A DNA stretch of 64,000 bases from Macrostomum lignano (GCA_002269645.1 NIVC01002196.1:1-64000), one strand, 5' to 3'; counted from the stretch's first letter, positions 1 through 18,037 are shown. Program-made: numbers and translations. Notes: generated by a model not told the origin, from the letters alone.

Positions 1-1093
1 GCGTAATAGTTGGCGGCTTGTCTGATTTTGCGCACCTCGGCAACCTGACAGGATAGAAAAGGTGCACTTTATTTGCAAATAAATAATGTGGATCAGATAG
101 GAGTTTGAGATAGAGACAAACTCAATGTTTTTTTAAAAATAAAAACAGTAGTAAAACAGTGAGAGATTCAATTTAGACTACTGAGAAAAGTAGACGCATA
201 CAGATTTGAATCGTCAATCTCTCACATTGCCCGCCATAACTGACGGCAGGCTTAACTTAAATCAGCATTCGATTCCCAAAAAGAAAATTCGATGTATCTG
301 CAGTCCGGTGATGTCTCAGTTATTCTCGGGATTATGAGGACACGTGTTGCTTGCTTTACAGTAACGTATTTTCTGCTTTCCTGTTCTCATGTTCTGTGGT
401 TCTTCTGTACTCTTGTTTTCTGGTTCTCAGATTTTTTGGGTTCCTGTCGTCTTGTATTTTGTTTCCTCGTTTGTTAATGCAACTTTGGTTAGATTTATTG
501 ACATATTCTCTTTAGCTGATAATATACACGTGTTCGTCTTACCTTAAATCAGCCAGCCCCCACATTTAACCCCGCTAAAGCCGAGTTTCCAGTCCCTTCT
601 TTCTGTGGTAAATTTATATCGTAGAAGTCCCTGCTTATACAATAGATAAGCTAGAAAGAATTGCACTATAAATCAAAGGATGCACGCGAGGTTGCTGCGA
701 CACAATGGTTTACTTTAAGGACTGTACTGCTGTACAAGACAATAGGCTCTACGAGGGAAAGAGAGCAGCAACCACGCCTCCGGCTCGAACCTGATCATCC
801 GTGTAGTTCCGCTCCACGCGGTGCCCGGACGCCGCCGAGGCCGGAGACGTCCTCGATTTCGACGACGTCGACGAGGCGGAGGTTGGCGCCGCGCCGCCAG
901 ACGGTGCAGCCGACGGTTGGCGATGCCGTTCAGCGTCGGCGGCAATTTTCTGTACCAGCTTCTGCGCCTCATCAGACGGATAGAGCCGGACTGCTTTGTC
1001 CGCAAATCTGGCCGCCTTAGCGAAGTCGGCCGCCGACAGGGCTGACCGAGCAATGGCCAGGCACTTGAGGCTTTCGTCTCGGTTGCCTTCCAT
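1..1093 (-). CDS. DNAJB12: DnaJ homolog subfamily B member 12/14-like, 5' part (exon 1 = 791..1093, exon 2 = <1..44; continues off the left edge)
   Basis: Exon 1 encodes MEGNRDESLKCLAIARSAL...ARFADKAVRLYP...NYTDDQ, matching the DNAJB12/14 N-terminus (MESNKDEAERC...KAQRLYP...YTAEQ). GT donor at 790-789 and ttttctatcctgtcAG acceptor at 46-45. Exon 2 reads VAEVRKIRQAANYY, the entry to the J domain (cf. VAAVKRVKQCKDYY). DNAJB12 versus DNAJB14 cannot be resolved. Confidence 0.9.
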
Positions 1094-4000
1094 AGCGACA
1101 ATGCCTTATTATAATTACACTGCGGTATGTGGTTGCTTGGACTCGTCTGCTTCTACTGATAGTAGTCTGTCAAGGTATTTTGGTGCATTAGCAGACGGAC
1201 AAGCCAAGAAACTTGTTGCCATGCATGGACAAAAAATAAATTCTAAGCAATTCATTAGATCTATACAATAAGTATCTTAATAGCCTAGGTATTTCTATCC
1301 TTTAAAAATGGGATACAAATTGCAAACTAACATAGGCTCTATTTATAAAATTTTCCTAGCCTTATTCTATGATTGAATTCTTTGAAACATTTTATGGCTA
1401 AAATAAGTTATACATTTTTTATTGCTAAATAATTTGCTAGGCCTAGTATTAGATTATGATCATTTGGTCCTAGGCATCATAGTAAATTAACATATAGTTA
1501 GTATAAAATTCCTACTTATACTATGTGTAATATATAGCAAAAAAGATATTTTGTATAAATTGATATAAAATAACAATTTGTTGCTTTTCAGTCTAATATA
1601 AAATTCAACATGATCTCTACTATAGGCCCAATACTATATAATAATGTTCTGCTGCAATAACAGCTATGGTTACAAGAGATTATGAGTATACTATCAATAA
1701 ATTGTCTCTAGTAAAAGTAGATGTTTGGCTTAGGTAAATCACTTCTTATGCCTATGTAATACATTTAATTAATCTTATTGTCAAAAACATGTATATCAAA
1801 TAATATATTCTATTAATAATATATTTTTAAATATATATCTTAACTTTATCTCATATATAGTGAGTGCTTTGTAGCTTTTGTTTATTTAACAGTCATAGTG
1901 TCTCTCTCTGCTGTACTATACATGCACAACCCCCCTGATTTCTACTAGCTATGCAACTTATTTTTTTACTAAAAATTCAACTTACCTATGAAAGAAACCT
2001 AGGCAAAAGGTTATGTTATTTTAGGTAAATGGCATAAATAACTTTAAGTGTATTATTAAAACTAAATGCCACATCATCTAATTAGCACTATATCTATATT
2101 TTATTGGGTAAACATTTATATGACTCACCTTGGTTAGGTCCCTTGCCAGCTGGCTGGATTGGCTAGCTTGGCTAGGTGCTATGCATGTGTGTCATACACT
2201 AGGTCTATTTTGAAATTTACCCTCTGTTGTACAAAAATACCCCCCCCCAAATTATGATACAAGTATGGTCTACAAATTTAATTGTTCTAGTGAAAGAGCA
2301 TTTCCTAAATGGGAAAGACCAAATGACACCTATACACAAGAGTCAAAGAACATTAGTAACAAAAAACTTTGCCACCAATAAACATCTGCTTATCTAAAAA
2401 GGTTGCTATGATCCTAAACTGCATGAAATGATCAAGGCTATAGAATTTTGAATGATGGCAATTTAGCTTATTAGAGACTATTTATAGTAGGCCCAAAAGC
2501 TACTTTAAACATTTAGCTCACCATTGGGAGTGGGAGCTAGTTACCAACATTAATTTTCAATTCACTTAAAAAACTAGACTGGATTCATTTGATATGTACT
2601 ATGCCTTTCTAGCCAAAACTTTTGTATTCAGCTAAGCTAGCTTTCAGTTTCAATGGTTAGGTATCAATGTTTCAATAGGAACAATTTTATCTTTTTATTT
2701 AATTAAATTTAATTAGTCCTAACCAGTGGCGGATCTAGAGTTTCATTTGGGAGATAGTCCAAGTCCCATGACTTACCCAATATTCATAAAGGGGGGCAAA
2801 TTTAAATGAACTAAAAAGAAGATATCAACTGCCACTACTCATTGAACAACTAAAACAAAGACAAGTTTGGACAAAAGATGAATATAGATTTTGATAAAGA
2901 AGAATAGTAAATAGGCATTCTATAACAATTACATTGCACATGACCTATAACCATTTAAAGGAGATCAAGTGTAGATATAAGAAGACTGAAGACAATGGAT
3001 CCCTGCAAAAATATGAAACCCAATGTCATTGACCTAGATAGACTATACAAAGTTTGAACAATTACAAGTTTTGAATTTAGTCTATATAATAAAATTGCAT
3101 ATTTATAATCAAGCAAAATAGACTAGGCCTCTATAGACTTTAGACCATATCTGAATATTCAACAATTTAATTGCCTCATTAAAGATATAAACACAATAGA
3201 ATAATTTAACCTCCTAGCTTAAACACATGAACATTAGATACAATATACAATTCTCTATTAGATTCTATAAAATCTAATAAAAAAACATATCACATAAGTG
3301 TACAAATGAAATTTCTTTTAGAAAGGGGGATATTTTATATAGACTTCAGTTGTTTATAGTTTCCTTTTCTTTAATACTCAATAAATGAGCTATATAAAAA
3401 CTGAGTATAGCATATCCAACTTTCTAACATATATAAATTATAATATTTTATAGTCCTCTTTGATATTTTAGGCTTAAAAGGTAGAGTTTATAATAGTGTT
3501 CTGCCATAGCCATAGCTACGGCTATGGGATCCTATGGCAAATATAGTAAAATAGGTAACTACGGATATGCCTATAGTAGCTAGCTGCTCTTATGGCTACG
3601 ACTATGGAAATATGGTATTTGCTGTCATATTCTGTAGATTCCCATAGCTATAGTTATTAATTTAAACAAAGATACTTCAGTAAACTATATTATCAACTTA
3701 GAAAATTATAGAATATACCTAATAAAATACAATAAAATACTAGCAAACTCTAATTTTTATAAATATGAAAAAGTTTAGAATTAGTACTTTCAGCAAGAAT
3801 GTTGATTACACTAAATACTAATAGACAAAAATATAAAAAGTTGATAATTTGAGAAACAAATATTTTTTTACCAATAAATTTTCATTTAATGAGTCTTTTT
3901 ACCTTAGCAAGGGTGTAAGATTTATCAAATAAAATAAAAAACAACAAAATAACTCAAAATCTTATTGGAGTTTCCATATAGCAATGTCTATAATAGATAA

Positions 4001-6180
4001 AAATAAATTGGCTATAGTATGGGCTTACAACAAAAGAAAATATTTTCTTTTATAAATTGTTTAAATTTAGTAAAAAGTTTTAACATTGCCACAATCAAGG
4101 TGGTAGATTTCATGCAAAATTGTGGCATACACAGAGGAATTTTCTCGGGCACATAGTGCACACAGCGCGCCACACTTGGTGCACAGTCTATACTAAAAAA
4201 TTTTCTTAGTTCACACATAAAGTGTGACATACATAAATGTGTACTTGCTCCTTTTTAAAATATACAATCTACCTAGGCCTATACTAAATAATTATACTAT
4301 GCCAGTATGCCTAGTAACTTTTACAATAATTGGTAATTTTCTTACAAACATAAAAGACTGCTCAAAGTTCCAATTTAATTCATTTTGAATAAAAACAAAG
4401 CAATCACAAGTGATAAAATCTAGGACTAGGAGTAGAGTAGGGGCCTAACAATAAATCTATTCATGTGCAATTTGTAGATTCTGGTTAGCGCCAAAAGAAA
4501 TAAGACACGCACAACCACATATTCGGGCACCGGCAATGCAGTGGGTTTAGTCAGAGCTTATATTCCTATTGCCGCAAAGGCACTATTATAAAAAATTAGG
4601 AACTCATAAAAGTTGAGATTCGGTGACGTGCAGGCAGGACTTTTGTCACTCAATTTTCCAGGAAAGAGTGAGTGCAAGTGGCACTCCCAGAATTAAAACT
4701 ATAACAACTTTTTTACAATCTACGGATAGCAAGCAATAATGTTTTAGATAAATTTTGTTTAATTTCCTAACTGCTGCTTTCTGTTTTGTAGTGTTATAAT
4801 TACTTTACTACAATTTTAATACTGAAAATCTTGAAACGTTTTTCGTTACTTTAGTTTCGATTTCAAAAAAATTGCTCGCGCGCCATATTTTCTTTTGCTA
4901 AAGACTGGAAGAACATCAGATACTTTTGTCTGTGTGGTCAAAATGCATAATGCACTATATTGTGTGTCAATCTGAATCTGTCAAGGATGCTCACTGCATT
5001 AATACATAAATTCAACAACATAATTAATGAGAGATCAAGGAACCAGAAATTCTCGAGAACTCCATTTTCTACCCCCTGGTTAAATCTACATTAACAAATT
5101 AGTATAGTTTCCGTAATTAATGCATATGCACAACTGCCAGAGTCTTTGTTTAAATAAAGAAGCCACGCAAGACCCAGCAGTTCGTTCGTCGAGCAAGCTG
5201 CTGATCGAACTCGCTCATAGTTATAGTCGAGAGGATCAACGAGACAACTGCAGTGAGCCCCTAAGGATTCTCTCACAAATCGTCACTGTATTTACAGTAT
5301 ATATAGTGATCGGCGATGATTGACCGAGACTGCAGCGTTCGAGAGCTAATGATTCTTGCGCGGGACGTACGTATATACATATGTACGTGCACTGTACGTG
5401 TAAACCGATTCAAAATGGAATAGTGACGTAGCCAACGGACTACAGATCGAGCTACATGTAGAGCTATATAGAGCTATGTAGAGCTATACATGTACCTACA
5501 TCTACCTAAATATACTAAATCTCTAATATTTGTTTGTATGTCCATAACGCTCTAGTTATATACTAAACTTAAGCATATTTTTACATTAGACTGTAAATGC
5601 GGTGACGATGAATTGAAATTCGGGTATACTCATCTGTTCACTTTTAAAAAAATAGGGTAATTTAAAAAAATATGTTTTTAAAAAAATGTTTCATAAAAAA
5701 TGTTTTATAAAAAATCTTGCTTCGAAATGCAAGCCAATATCTTCTCTGCTGATGATATGATGATGTCCGCTGGTTATAATTAAGTTAATTTTGCGCTTAA
5801 ACTTAAAAATGGTTTCTGGCATCTCAATAGGAATAAATAATGTGAAAACCTTACGTCCACGACACCTCATCTACGTAAATCAGTATTTTGTAATTTTGTA
5901 TAAGTACGGTATGTTGCACAGATGTATAGTTAGGTATTTCGCACTTAAACCCATTTTATGCAAGCTACGAGTAGGTGCTGCATGCTCAGCTCAAAAGAAT
6001 TATAGTTAAAGGCACAGTTTAAGACCAAAATAATTACACTGCGGGACTACTACAAGGCTAAAGGTTCGCTTTGTTATACTGTGTATGTTGCTATGAGATA
6101 GCTTGTGTAATATTTCGAACGAAAGTCTGATTAGAATTTTGTAAATGTACGTTTACCAGGGCTCTATTTTAGCTTAACTC

Positions 6181-9100
6181 ATGGCTGACACGATTCCAGC
6201 AAATATTTCTCCTTTGTATCCTTTGGCAAATGCTAAAGGCACTGACTTATTGTGCGAGCTTTGTCAAAAGCCTGCTTTCATTCAATGCTCGAAGTGTCGG
6301 GTCACATACTACTGGTAAGGTTTCTGGTTTTGTCTTTGTGAAGGCTAAGGCTTGGTTTCTGTTCATGTAATTTATGGAAGCATTAATTATATCTAAGTTT
6401 TTCATTTGAGACTGTGTTCATGCACTCAACATAGGGGGGGGGGCTACTTCCGATATTTGATAGGCCATGCTTCTAACTTTGTAATAATTCTAAATGTATG
6501 CGCACATCTTTCCAGTCAACTTTAGTGTAAAATATTCCTCTAAATCATAGAAACTCAAACTTAAGTAAATAATTATTTTCAAAGTTGATAGTCATATAAT
6601 TTAATTTAATTTTTCATACATTTTTTAAAGCAGAAACATTTCTTAGCCGAGACAAATTCCATATTAGTAGTGTAGCATATACATGTATAATCTCTTAAAA
6701 TATTATATATCTATAATATCTATATCTATCAGATATAGATATTATATATAAATATAGATATTATAGATATATAAATATATATCTTTTGACACCTTGCAGT
6801 GTTAAATAAAAAGTAAATCTAAATGCAAACCTAGATATAAATTTATTAACTTTCTTTTGAATAAATTTATTAAAAATGCCTGAATGTTTACTCTACTCTT
6901 TATTCAAACTCATATAAAAACTTGCATTTGCTAATTTAAAAGTTTGGTTTCTTAAAGAATGTTTACTCTTTTCACTAGTTTTCTACTAGCACTTAAATTT
7001 TTTGCAAGGCTTTGTAAAATCCGATAGAAATGCTAAACGAACATGCTTATGATTCCGCAAATCTCACAACTACTTTTGAGCCCGAAACGAACGCCATGGA
7101 TACTTAGTCATATCCCTTTCCTCCCCGTTCTCAGCGGCCCCGAGCACCAGCGCGCGGACTGGATCGGCATCCACGCCAAGATTTGCGACGAGTTAGCGGT
7201 GCTGCGCAAGCCGGTGCCCTTCCTGACCTCGGAGAAGGACAGGCGGGAGAAGCGCGAGGAGCTGATCCAGCAACAGTTGCGCATGATCGTCATCACCCGC
7301 ACCACCGGTCAGAAGTTGCTGTTCGAGAATCACTTCGAGGAGGCCGTCCCAGCCGCTCTGCAATCGTTGAAGTTCGCCATCGATGTGCACGGCAGCAGCA
7401 GCGTGGAGCTGGTGCCGTCTTACCTGATCCTTGGTGAGGCCAGCATCGGTCTGCAGCGGCTCAGCCAGGCTGAGGAGTACCTGTCCCAGGCTCAGTGGAC
7501 TGTGCTGAAAACTGACAACCCGTCCAACGCCATCAAGTCGCAGCTGCACAGAAATCTAGGACTGCTGTTCTCCGCTAAAGGCGATTACGGTCGCGCCCTG
7601 GAGAACCTCGCAATTGATGTAAGCAATCGGGTAGCAACTGCAATCACGGGCCACTTTAGCTGTAAATTAAGGAGACACTGAGGGAGACACTGGGGTAGAA
7701 ACTAAGGGAGACACTGAGGGGAACACTGAGGGAGACGCTGAGGGAGACACTGAGAAAGACACTGGGGGAGGCAATGAAGGAGACACTGGAGGCACTGAGG
7801 GAGACACTGAGGGAGACACTGAGGAAGACACTGAGGGAGACACTGAGAAAGACACTGGGGGAGGCAATGAAGGAGACACTGGAGGCACTGAGGGAGACGC
7901 TGAGAAAGACACTGAGGGAGACGCTGAGGGAGACACTGAGGGAGACACTGAGGGAGACACTAAGGGAGACACTGAGGAAGACACTGAGGGAGACGCTGAG
8001 AAAGACACTGAGGGAGACGCTGAGGGAGACACTGAGGGAGACACTGAGGGAGACACTAAGGGAGACACTGAGGAAGACACTGAGGGAGACACTGAGGAAG
8101 ACACTGAGGGAGACACTGAGGGAGACACTGAGGGAGACACTGAGGGAGACACTAAGGGAGACACTGAGGGAGACACTGAGGGAGACACTGAGGGAGACAC
8201 TGAGGGAGACACTGAGGGACACACTGAGGGAGACACTAAGGGAGACACTGAGGGAGACACTGAGGGAGACACTGAGGGAGACACTAAGGGAGACACTGAG
8301 GGAGACACTGAGGGAGACACTGAGGGAGACACTGAGGGAGACACTGAGGGAGACACTGAGGGAGACATGCACTTACTGTCAAATTTACTGACCATTTTCC
8401 CGCAGATCTTCCATGCCTCAGACGAATACGGCACAGAGGACATCCGCGTGTCCGGTGGCTACTTCAGCATGGCGAATATTTTCATGTACAAGAACAAGCA
8501 GGAGATTGCCTATGACCTGTTTGGACGGGTGAGTCCTGCTCTGGTGCACGGGGATCTTGAAGTGGCTGTAATGGGTGCTGGCGCAACTCCTGCATGGCAA
8601 CTAAGCATGCCTAGCTATGTACCCATGTGTCTGTAGTGGATTCAAGACATGTAATTAGCATAGATATTGAGCGTAATTTACTTGAAAATCATGAAGCTGG
8701 GGCTGTTAAAGGAAAATATAGACTGGGACACGTCGGCTTGCAGACCTCTGGCTAACAACGTTTCTAATAAAATAAAGGCATTAGTTAAGCAACCCCACCT
8801 ATCCCGACTGCTCACTCTCGCAGGTAATTGACATCTGGTACGACCACCTGTGGCGCATTGTCCAAGCCATGACTGCGCCGCCCGACATTCCAGACGGCCT
8901 TGGCGAGGTTGTGGCCGAGATTACCCAAGAGGAAAAAGAGCACCTTGGTGAGCGATGGTTGACAACTGTACTTGCTGGGGCAGGTTGCAAATACTAGCAG
9001 CTGTAGCCTTCCTGCGCGATGCACAGACAATTGTACCAATTTAGCGTGCACTTTTGATGTGAAGTAACGGCTTCATTGAATTCCTGGGATCAGTGGGGAA

Positions 9101-11078
9101 TTGGCAGTAAAATTCGTGACGACTGTATCCCTTCTTGTTTATAAAAAAGTAACTGCATCCCCTCTTTCTTGTCTATCCACGGGAACTGCATCCCCTTCTT
9201 CCTTGTCTATCCACGGGAACTGCATCCTCTCTTCCTTGTCTATCCACGGGAACTGCATCCCTTCTTCCTTGTCTATCCACGGGAACTGCATCCTCTCTTC
9301 CTTGTCTATCCACGGGAACTGCATCCTCTCTTCCTTGTCTATCCACGGGAACTGCATCCTCTCTTCCTTGTCTATCCACGGGAACTGCATCCTCTCTTCC
9401 TTGCCCATCCACGGGAACTTCCACTTCCATAAAAAGCATGATTATACGTGTATAACAAAATCCTTGAAATAAGTTTTGTCGCTAAACCTGCCTTATTTTA
9501 ATGTAAAACCATATCAACATTTCAAAACCTGTTTCAGACGCGTTTTCGGGTAAGTCTTTAGCCCCAATTAGCAGTTAATTTCTCAACCAACCTCGAGTTT
9601 GCCATTTGAAGAAATATTCAAAATGTCAGGGGTGGCACTTTGAGAAATGGATATAAAGTAGGAAAACTACAGACAGTATTTTTAGTTTTTAAATAAAACT
9701 TGATTTATTGCCCTCTTTATTATACAGAAATATTTTTATCATACCTACAGCCTATTTTAAGTTTCATTTTCCGTTACGTTCCACTTTTCATACTGAGTGA
9801 ACAATCATCTGTTTGAATTGATAAATTCTATAGCGCTTCTACCGCACTACTGCCCGCTTATTTTGTTTACATTTTTTTATTTTGACCCCTACTGTAGTTA
9901 ATAATGTTATTTGTTATACAGGATGGCGAGATTAAAGTAAGTGATTGGGAATCTACGCTCGTGTTATCAAATTTATTGGCTTTATTTTAATAGTAACTTT
10001 AAACGGCGAAAGGTTTCATTTTTCCCTCCAAGCCTACAACCCATTTAGTCTACTAATAGTAGAAAAATAAGAAAATTGAGCTATTTTTTAAAGACCCACA
10101 AAACAAGACAAAAAAGCGAAACTTGTAATTTTTTATTCACTGATCCAGACGAGGCCCAGCAGGCGGAAGCGCTGAAAATCCTGCACTCCATCTACTCTCT
10201 GCTGGTGGAGACCTCAGAGGCAGTCGATAGCGGCTCCGAGGCCGAGTCTGTTTGGGAGAGTCGGCGAATGTACACGGCCAAGACGGCGCTGTGCCTGCTG
10301 ATGCTGTACTTTGTGCTTGGCGATAGGGAGAAGGTATGGGGTGCCACTTATCAGGGTATGGGGTACCACTTATCAGGGTATGGGGTGCCACTTATCAGGG
10401 TATGGGGTGCCACTTATCAGGGTATGGGGTGCCACTTATCAGGGTATGGGGTGCCACTTATCAGGGTGTGGGGTGCCACTTATCAGGGTATGGGGTGCCA
10501 CTTATCAGGGTATGGGGTGTCATTAACAGGAAAAAGATTCCTTTTAGTGAGATAGGTACCATTATCACTGAGGTACATATTGTTATGACTGAGATGGGTG
10601 CCATTATGACTGAGATGGGTGCCATTATGACTGAGATGGGTGCCATTATGACTGAGATGGGTGCCATTATGACTGAGATGGGTGCCATTATGACTGAGAT
10701 GGGTGCCATTATGACTGAGATGGGTGCCATTATGACTGAGATGGGTGCCATTATGACTGAGATGGGTGCCATTATGACTGATATAGGTGTCATTATCACT
10801 GAGATATATGTCATTATGACTGAGATAGGCGCCATTTTCGTCAAGCTAGGTGCGGTGCTATCATGACAGTTAAGATAATGAGTGCAAAGCATGGGAATCT
10901 AGCGGTGAAAGAATACGTCTAGATTTATAAAACAATTTTAATTGTCCAGATTGGCGAGTTCGACTCCAAGACAGCGGAGCTGCTGGCGGCGGCCGGTCTG
11001 GGCGACTCGCCACAGTCAGACGAGGATGCGACCGGTATCGCTGAACACTACAGGCACATCCGGGCAGCATTGCAGTAG
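6181..11078 (+). CDS. ZMYND12: Zinc finger MYND domain-containing protein 12 (6 exons: 6181-6314, 7135-7618, 8406-8528, 8824-8947, 10149-10333, 10950-11078; 392 aa)
   Basis: All junctions are GT-AG and in frame. MYND finger CELCQKPAFIQCSKCRVTYYCGPEHQRADW..IH..IC, then AVPAALQSL, SSVELVPSYL, QAEEYLSQAQWTVLK, LHRNLGLL, GTEDIRVSGGYF and DEAQQAEALKIL, all characteristic of ZMYND12. Confidence 0.93.
7670..8366. repeat. 12-bp minisatellite (GAGGGAGACACT)n, ZMYND12 intron 2
   Basis: Direct tandem repeat. Confidence 0.95.
9151..9420. repeat. 33-bp minisatellite (GGGAACTGCATCCTCTCTTCCTTGTCTATCCAC)n, ZMYND12 intron 4
   Basis: About 8 tandem units. Confidence 0.95.
10334..10520. repeat. 22-bp minisatellite (GTATGGGGTGCCACTTATCAGG)n starting at the exon 5 donor
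   Basis: The first unit begins at the intron GT. Confidence 0.95.
10580..10830. repeat. 21-bp minisatellite (GAGATGGGTGCCATTATGACT)n
   Basis: Tandem repeat; shares GGGTGCCA.T.AT with the adjacent 22-mer. Confidence 0.95.
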
Positions 11079-11150
11079 TCGATACTCAAAAGACTGTTTT
11101 GGTTGGACTGTGGGCCTTCCTAAGTTCATTTTTATTGTTTTCTAACTGAA

Positions 11151-11156
11151 AATAAA
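11151..11156 (+). terminator. Candidate polyadenylation signal of ZMYND12
   Basis: AATAAA about 70 nt downstream of the stop codon at 11078. Confidence 0.5.
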
Positions 11157-12119
11157 GTGAATGGATTAGTTTCAAATTTGGAATTTAATTACATGTAATG
11201 AGCTGTGTCATTTTTACTACTTACACGATTCGTAAGATAAGTAGTGCAAGAGAAAAGTGACGTGGTATGTACGAGCAGACTTTTTTATTTCTGGTATAGT
11301 TGCTTACACCTTATTTGCCTTTTATGACTGGAATGAAAAATATGTTCAATGTTTAATCCGATTCCAAATGCGCTTTTAATTTTTCCCTCTTACTCCCTAA
11401 ACTTTAAAACTCCTTGAATGTACTTTCAACTCTAGCCCATTGCATGTACTTTCAACCCTAGCCCATTGAATGTACAGCTTCGACTCTAGCCATTTGCTAT
11501 AATCGTCGCTGACTGGCTGCCTGGCCGATAAATAGCTCGTAGTCCACCCACCTCCTCCAGTTTCTTTATCATCGACTTCCTCCAAATCGCTGATTGGCTG
11601 GCTGTACAAGCTCCATAGGCTGAATGTACACTCTCTGTCCCTTTTCACAAACCCCACTCCCCCATCGCCTGCCTTATCTGAGCTCTATCTTGAAGTAGTT
11701 TAGCTATCTAAATATCTCAGTTCACTTTAAACAAAATTTTACGATTACCAATCAGTTGACAGTGTTGGATTGCTGGCTTCAAAATTTAATACTTTTTTCT
11801 GCCTATATCAGCGGAAGTTAAATAAATTTTGCGTAGTTAATTTTACTAGCTGACAATATTCTTAAAGTACATTGTTCCCTTTTCTTTATTTTTGTTCCTT
11901 TTTGTAAATTCAGTTTTCAAAAATATACGGCAGTAACAGAGAATTTATTAAAATATTCATATATTTGATGCGTAAAAATGCACATGTGCTGTCATTCACA
12001 GCTTTTGGAAACTGTTTTTTTCACTGTGTAGCTGAGAGAGGTAAAGAAAAGTTCTCTCTTTAGACACTTTAGAGAAAGGAACATCATTCCAGCAGGTGAG
12101 ACATTGTCTATTTAGTGCT

Positions 12120-12425
12120 TGGGTTGACATGGGTTGATGAGGCTGAGGACATGCGTTGATGAGGCTGAGGACATGGGTTGATGAGGCTGAGGACATGCGT
12201 TGATGAGGCTGAGGACATGGGTTAATGAGGTTGAGGACATGGGTTAATGAGGTTGAGGACATGCGTTGATGAGGCTGAGGACATGGGTTAATGAGGTTGA
12301 GGACATGGGTTAATGAGGCTGAGGACATGCGTTGATGAGGCTGAGGACATGGGTTAATGAGGTTGAGGACATGGGTTAATGAGGCTGAGGACATGCGTTG
12401 ATCAGGTTGAGGACATGGGTTGATT
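12120..12425. repeat. 22-bp minisatellite (GAGGCTGAGGACATGGGTTAAT)n
   Basis: Tandem repeat with variants. Confidence 0.95.
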
Positions 12426-13357
12426 GAGGCAATTGAATCCTTTTTACCTTAACTCAAAGAAATTTGAATTGTCAAAATTGAAATCAAGTCTTATTAAATT
12501 TGTACCCGTAAAAAAGGTGCAACGCGCTGGCAACTTGAAATTTGGCTGTATATTTGAATTTTTATTCAGTTTTTACAGGATGCAAACTTATTGCTCTACT
12601 GACAGTAGCGTCTGTGCTGCTTGAATTAAAACGGAAATTTATCACGAAATTTGTCTCGTGTACTGATAAAAAGAAATGAGCCATAAAGATAGACACCGTT
12701 TTTAAAAGATAAAAGTCTTTAATTAGCACGGGTAGTGGTTTGTACTTTAAACAGAGGAGTACAATAAATACGGCTCAGGACGCAATTGAGCAACTTAAAA
12801 AGATTTTGGTAAAGCATTTGGCCGGGATTTAAAGTACATAGAGTACGCAGAACGGGCATATTCATGTTATAAAAATATTGAAAAATCGCTGGATAACAAA
12901 ATAATATAAAATAGATTAACAAAATTACTTCAAAGTAGTATAAAACAAAAATTCACCGTGTGCAGTTTACAAACTCCATAAAGCTTTTTCTCAGCTTGAA
13001 AAATGCTACTACTATAAGATTTATTTGGAAGAAATAAGAGGCAAAATGTAAAATCAATTCCTATAGGGTACGGCTATACACTTGCTGGTCTCTTAGTTCT
13101 CGATTAAATAAATTTTAGAAATTTCGCATAATGAAGTCAAAAAGGTGTATCGTACGGAAGTTAAAACGGATTTTCATTCTACACTAACAAGTTTACACTA
13201 ACCTCTGGGATCTACACTAACAAGTTTACACTACCCTTTGTGAGGCTTTGTAAACCGGTTCAGGCCATTTGTCTTGTCTTGTGATACAAAACATTATTTA
13301 CTCCAAACAATGGAGCTTTCTGAGTGATTGAGCAACCAGCATTTCGGCTCTGGCTTC

Positions 13358-17059
<3,702 letters not shown>

Positions 17060-17769
17060 GTCTTCACGCAGTCTGTGCTCAAATTTTCCTCAATGTCAAT
17101 AGTTGCAGCTTCTCTGCACTTGGAGTCGGTCGGTAGAAGCAGAAGTAACCCGTGACTGCGGGCTATAAATAGGCTGGCTCTCCGCGGCAACCCTGGGCTG
17201 CTTAATTCTTCTGTCCGACAACCTGCAGCACCTGTGAACAGATTGGGCCTGCGGCAACCTCTCTACCTTCTCATCTCTCCTCTCAGTAGTGTCTTTTGAA
17301 GATGCTTTGAAAATACTCGCATCTACTGCTTGTTGGCGATTAGGCGCACTCGAGAGAATCTCGCATTCCCCCTTCCTTCCCTGGGCCTCCTACTAGTGAA
17401 GAACTGAAGGTTATGACTGAGTCTCTGTTCTGTTATCTCTCTCTCTCTCTCTCCTGTCTCCTTCTATCGTTTGTTCGCTTTCTTTCACAATCATAACAGT
17501 TTCAATTTCTTTTTTTAGAATTCTCTAAAAGAAGTGCAGCATGAGACTCTAAGCTCGGCCTCTGACCACCCCCCTTCCCTGCACAGCTAACCTGCTAATA
17601 GAGCCAACCAATGCACCCAAGGACCGTGGGGGTTTCGTGACTATGGTGTGGGTGGGTGGAGCGTTCTTATTTCACCTTTAAATGCGAGCCATGGTGTATT
17701 TTAAGTCTCTCTTTAATCTTCATTTGTACTCCGCGCAAACAAGTATTAGTGCAGAAGCGTTTGTTATTG

Positions 17770-18037
17770 TGGAGTTATTTGTGGTTGCGGAGTTTGTGGT
17801 TGCGGAGTTTGTGGTTGCGGAGTTTGTGGTTGCGGAGTTTGTGGTTGCGGAGTTTGTAGTTGCGGAGTTTGTGCTTGTGGAGTTTGTGGTTGTGGAGTTT
17901 GTGGCTGTGGAGTTTGTGGTTGTGGAGTTTGTGGTTGTGGAGTTTGTGGTTGTGGAGTTTGTGGTTGTGGAGTTTGTGGTTGCAGAGTTTGTGCTTGTGG
18001 AGTTTGTGGCTGCAGAGTTTGTGCTTGTGGAGTTTGT
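17770..18037. repeat. 15-bp minisatellite (GGAGTTTGTGGTTGY)n
   Basis: Tandem repeat. Confidence 0.95.

Noticed and set aside
661-1101. Overlapping ORFs 661-1020, 715-1101 and 821-1045
   Set aside because: Alternative-frame or antisense shadows of the GC-rich DNAJB12 exon; the same applies to shadow ORFs over the CYP, Vang and GPCR exons.
7656-8443. 200-260-aa ORFs (SVSL, SVSP, LRET repeats)
   Set aside because: Translations of a 12-bp intronic minisatellite; the flanking exons splice across it.
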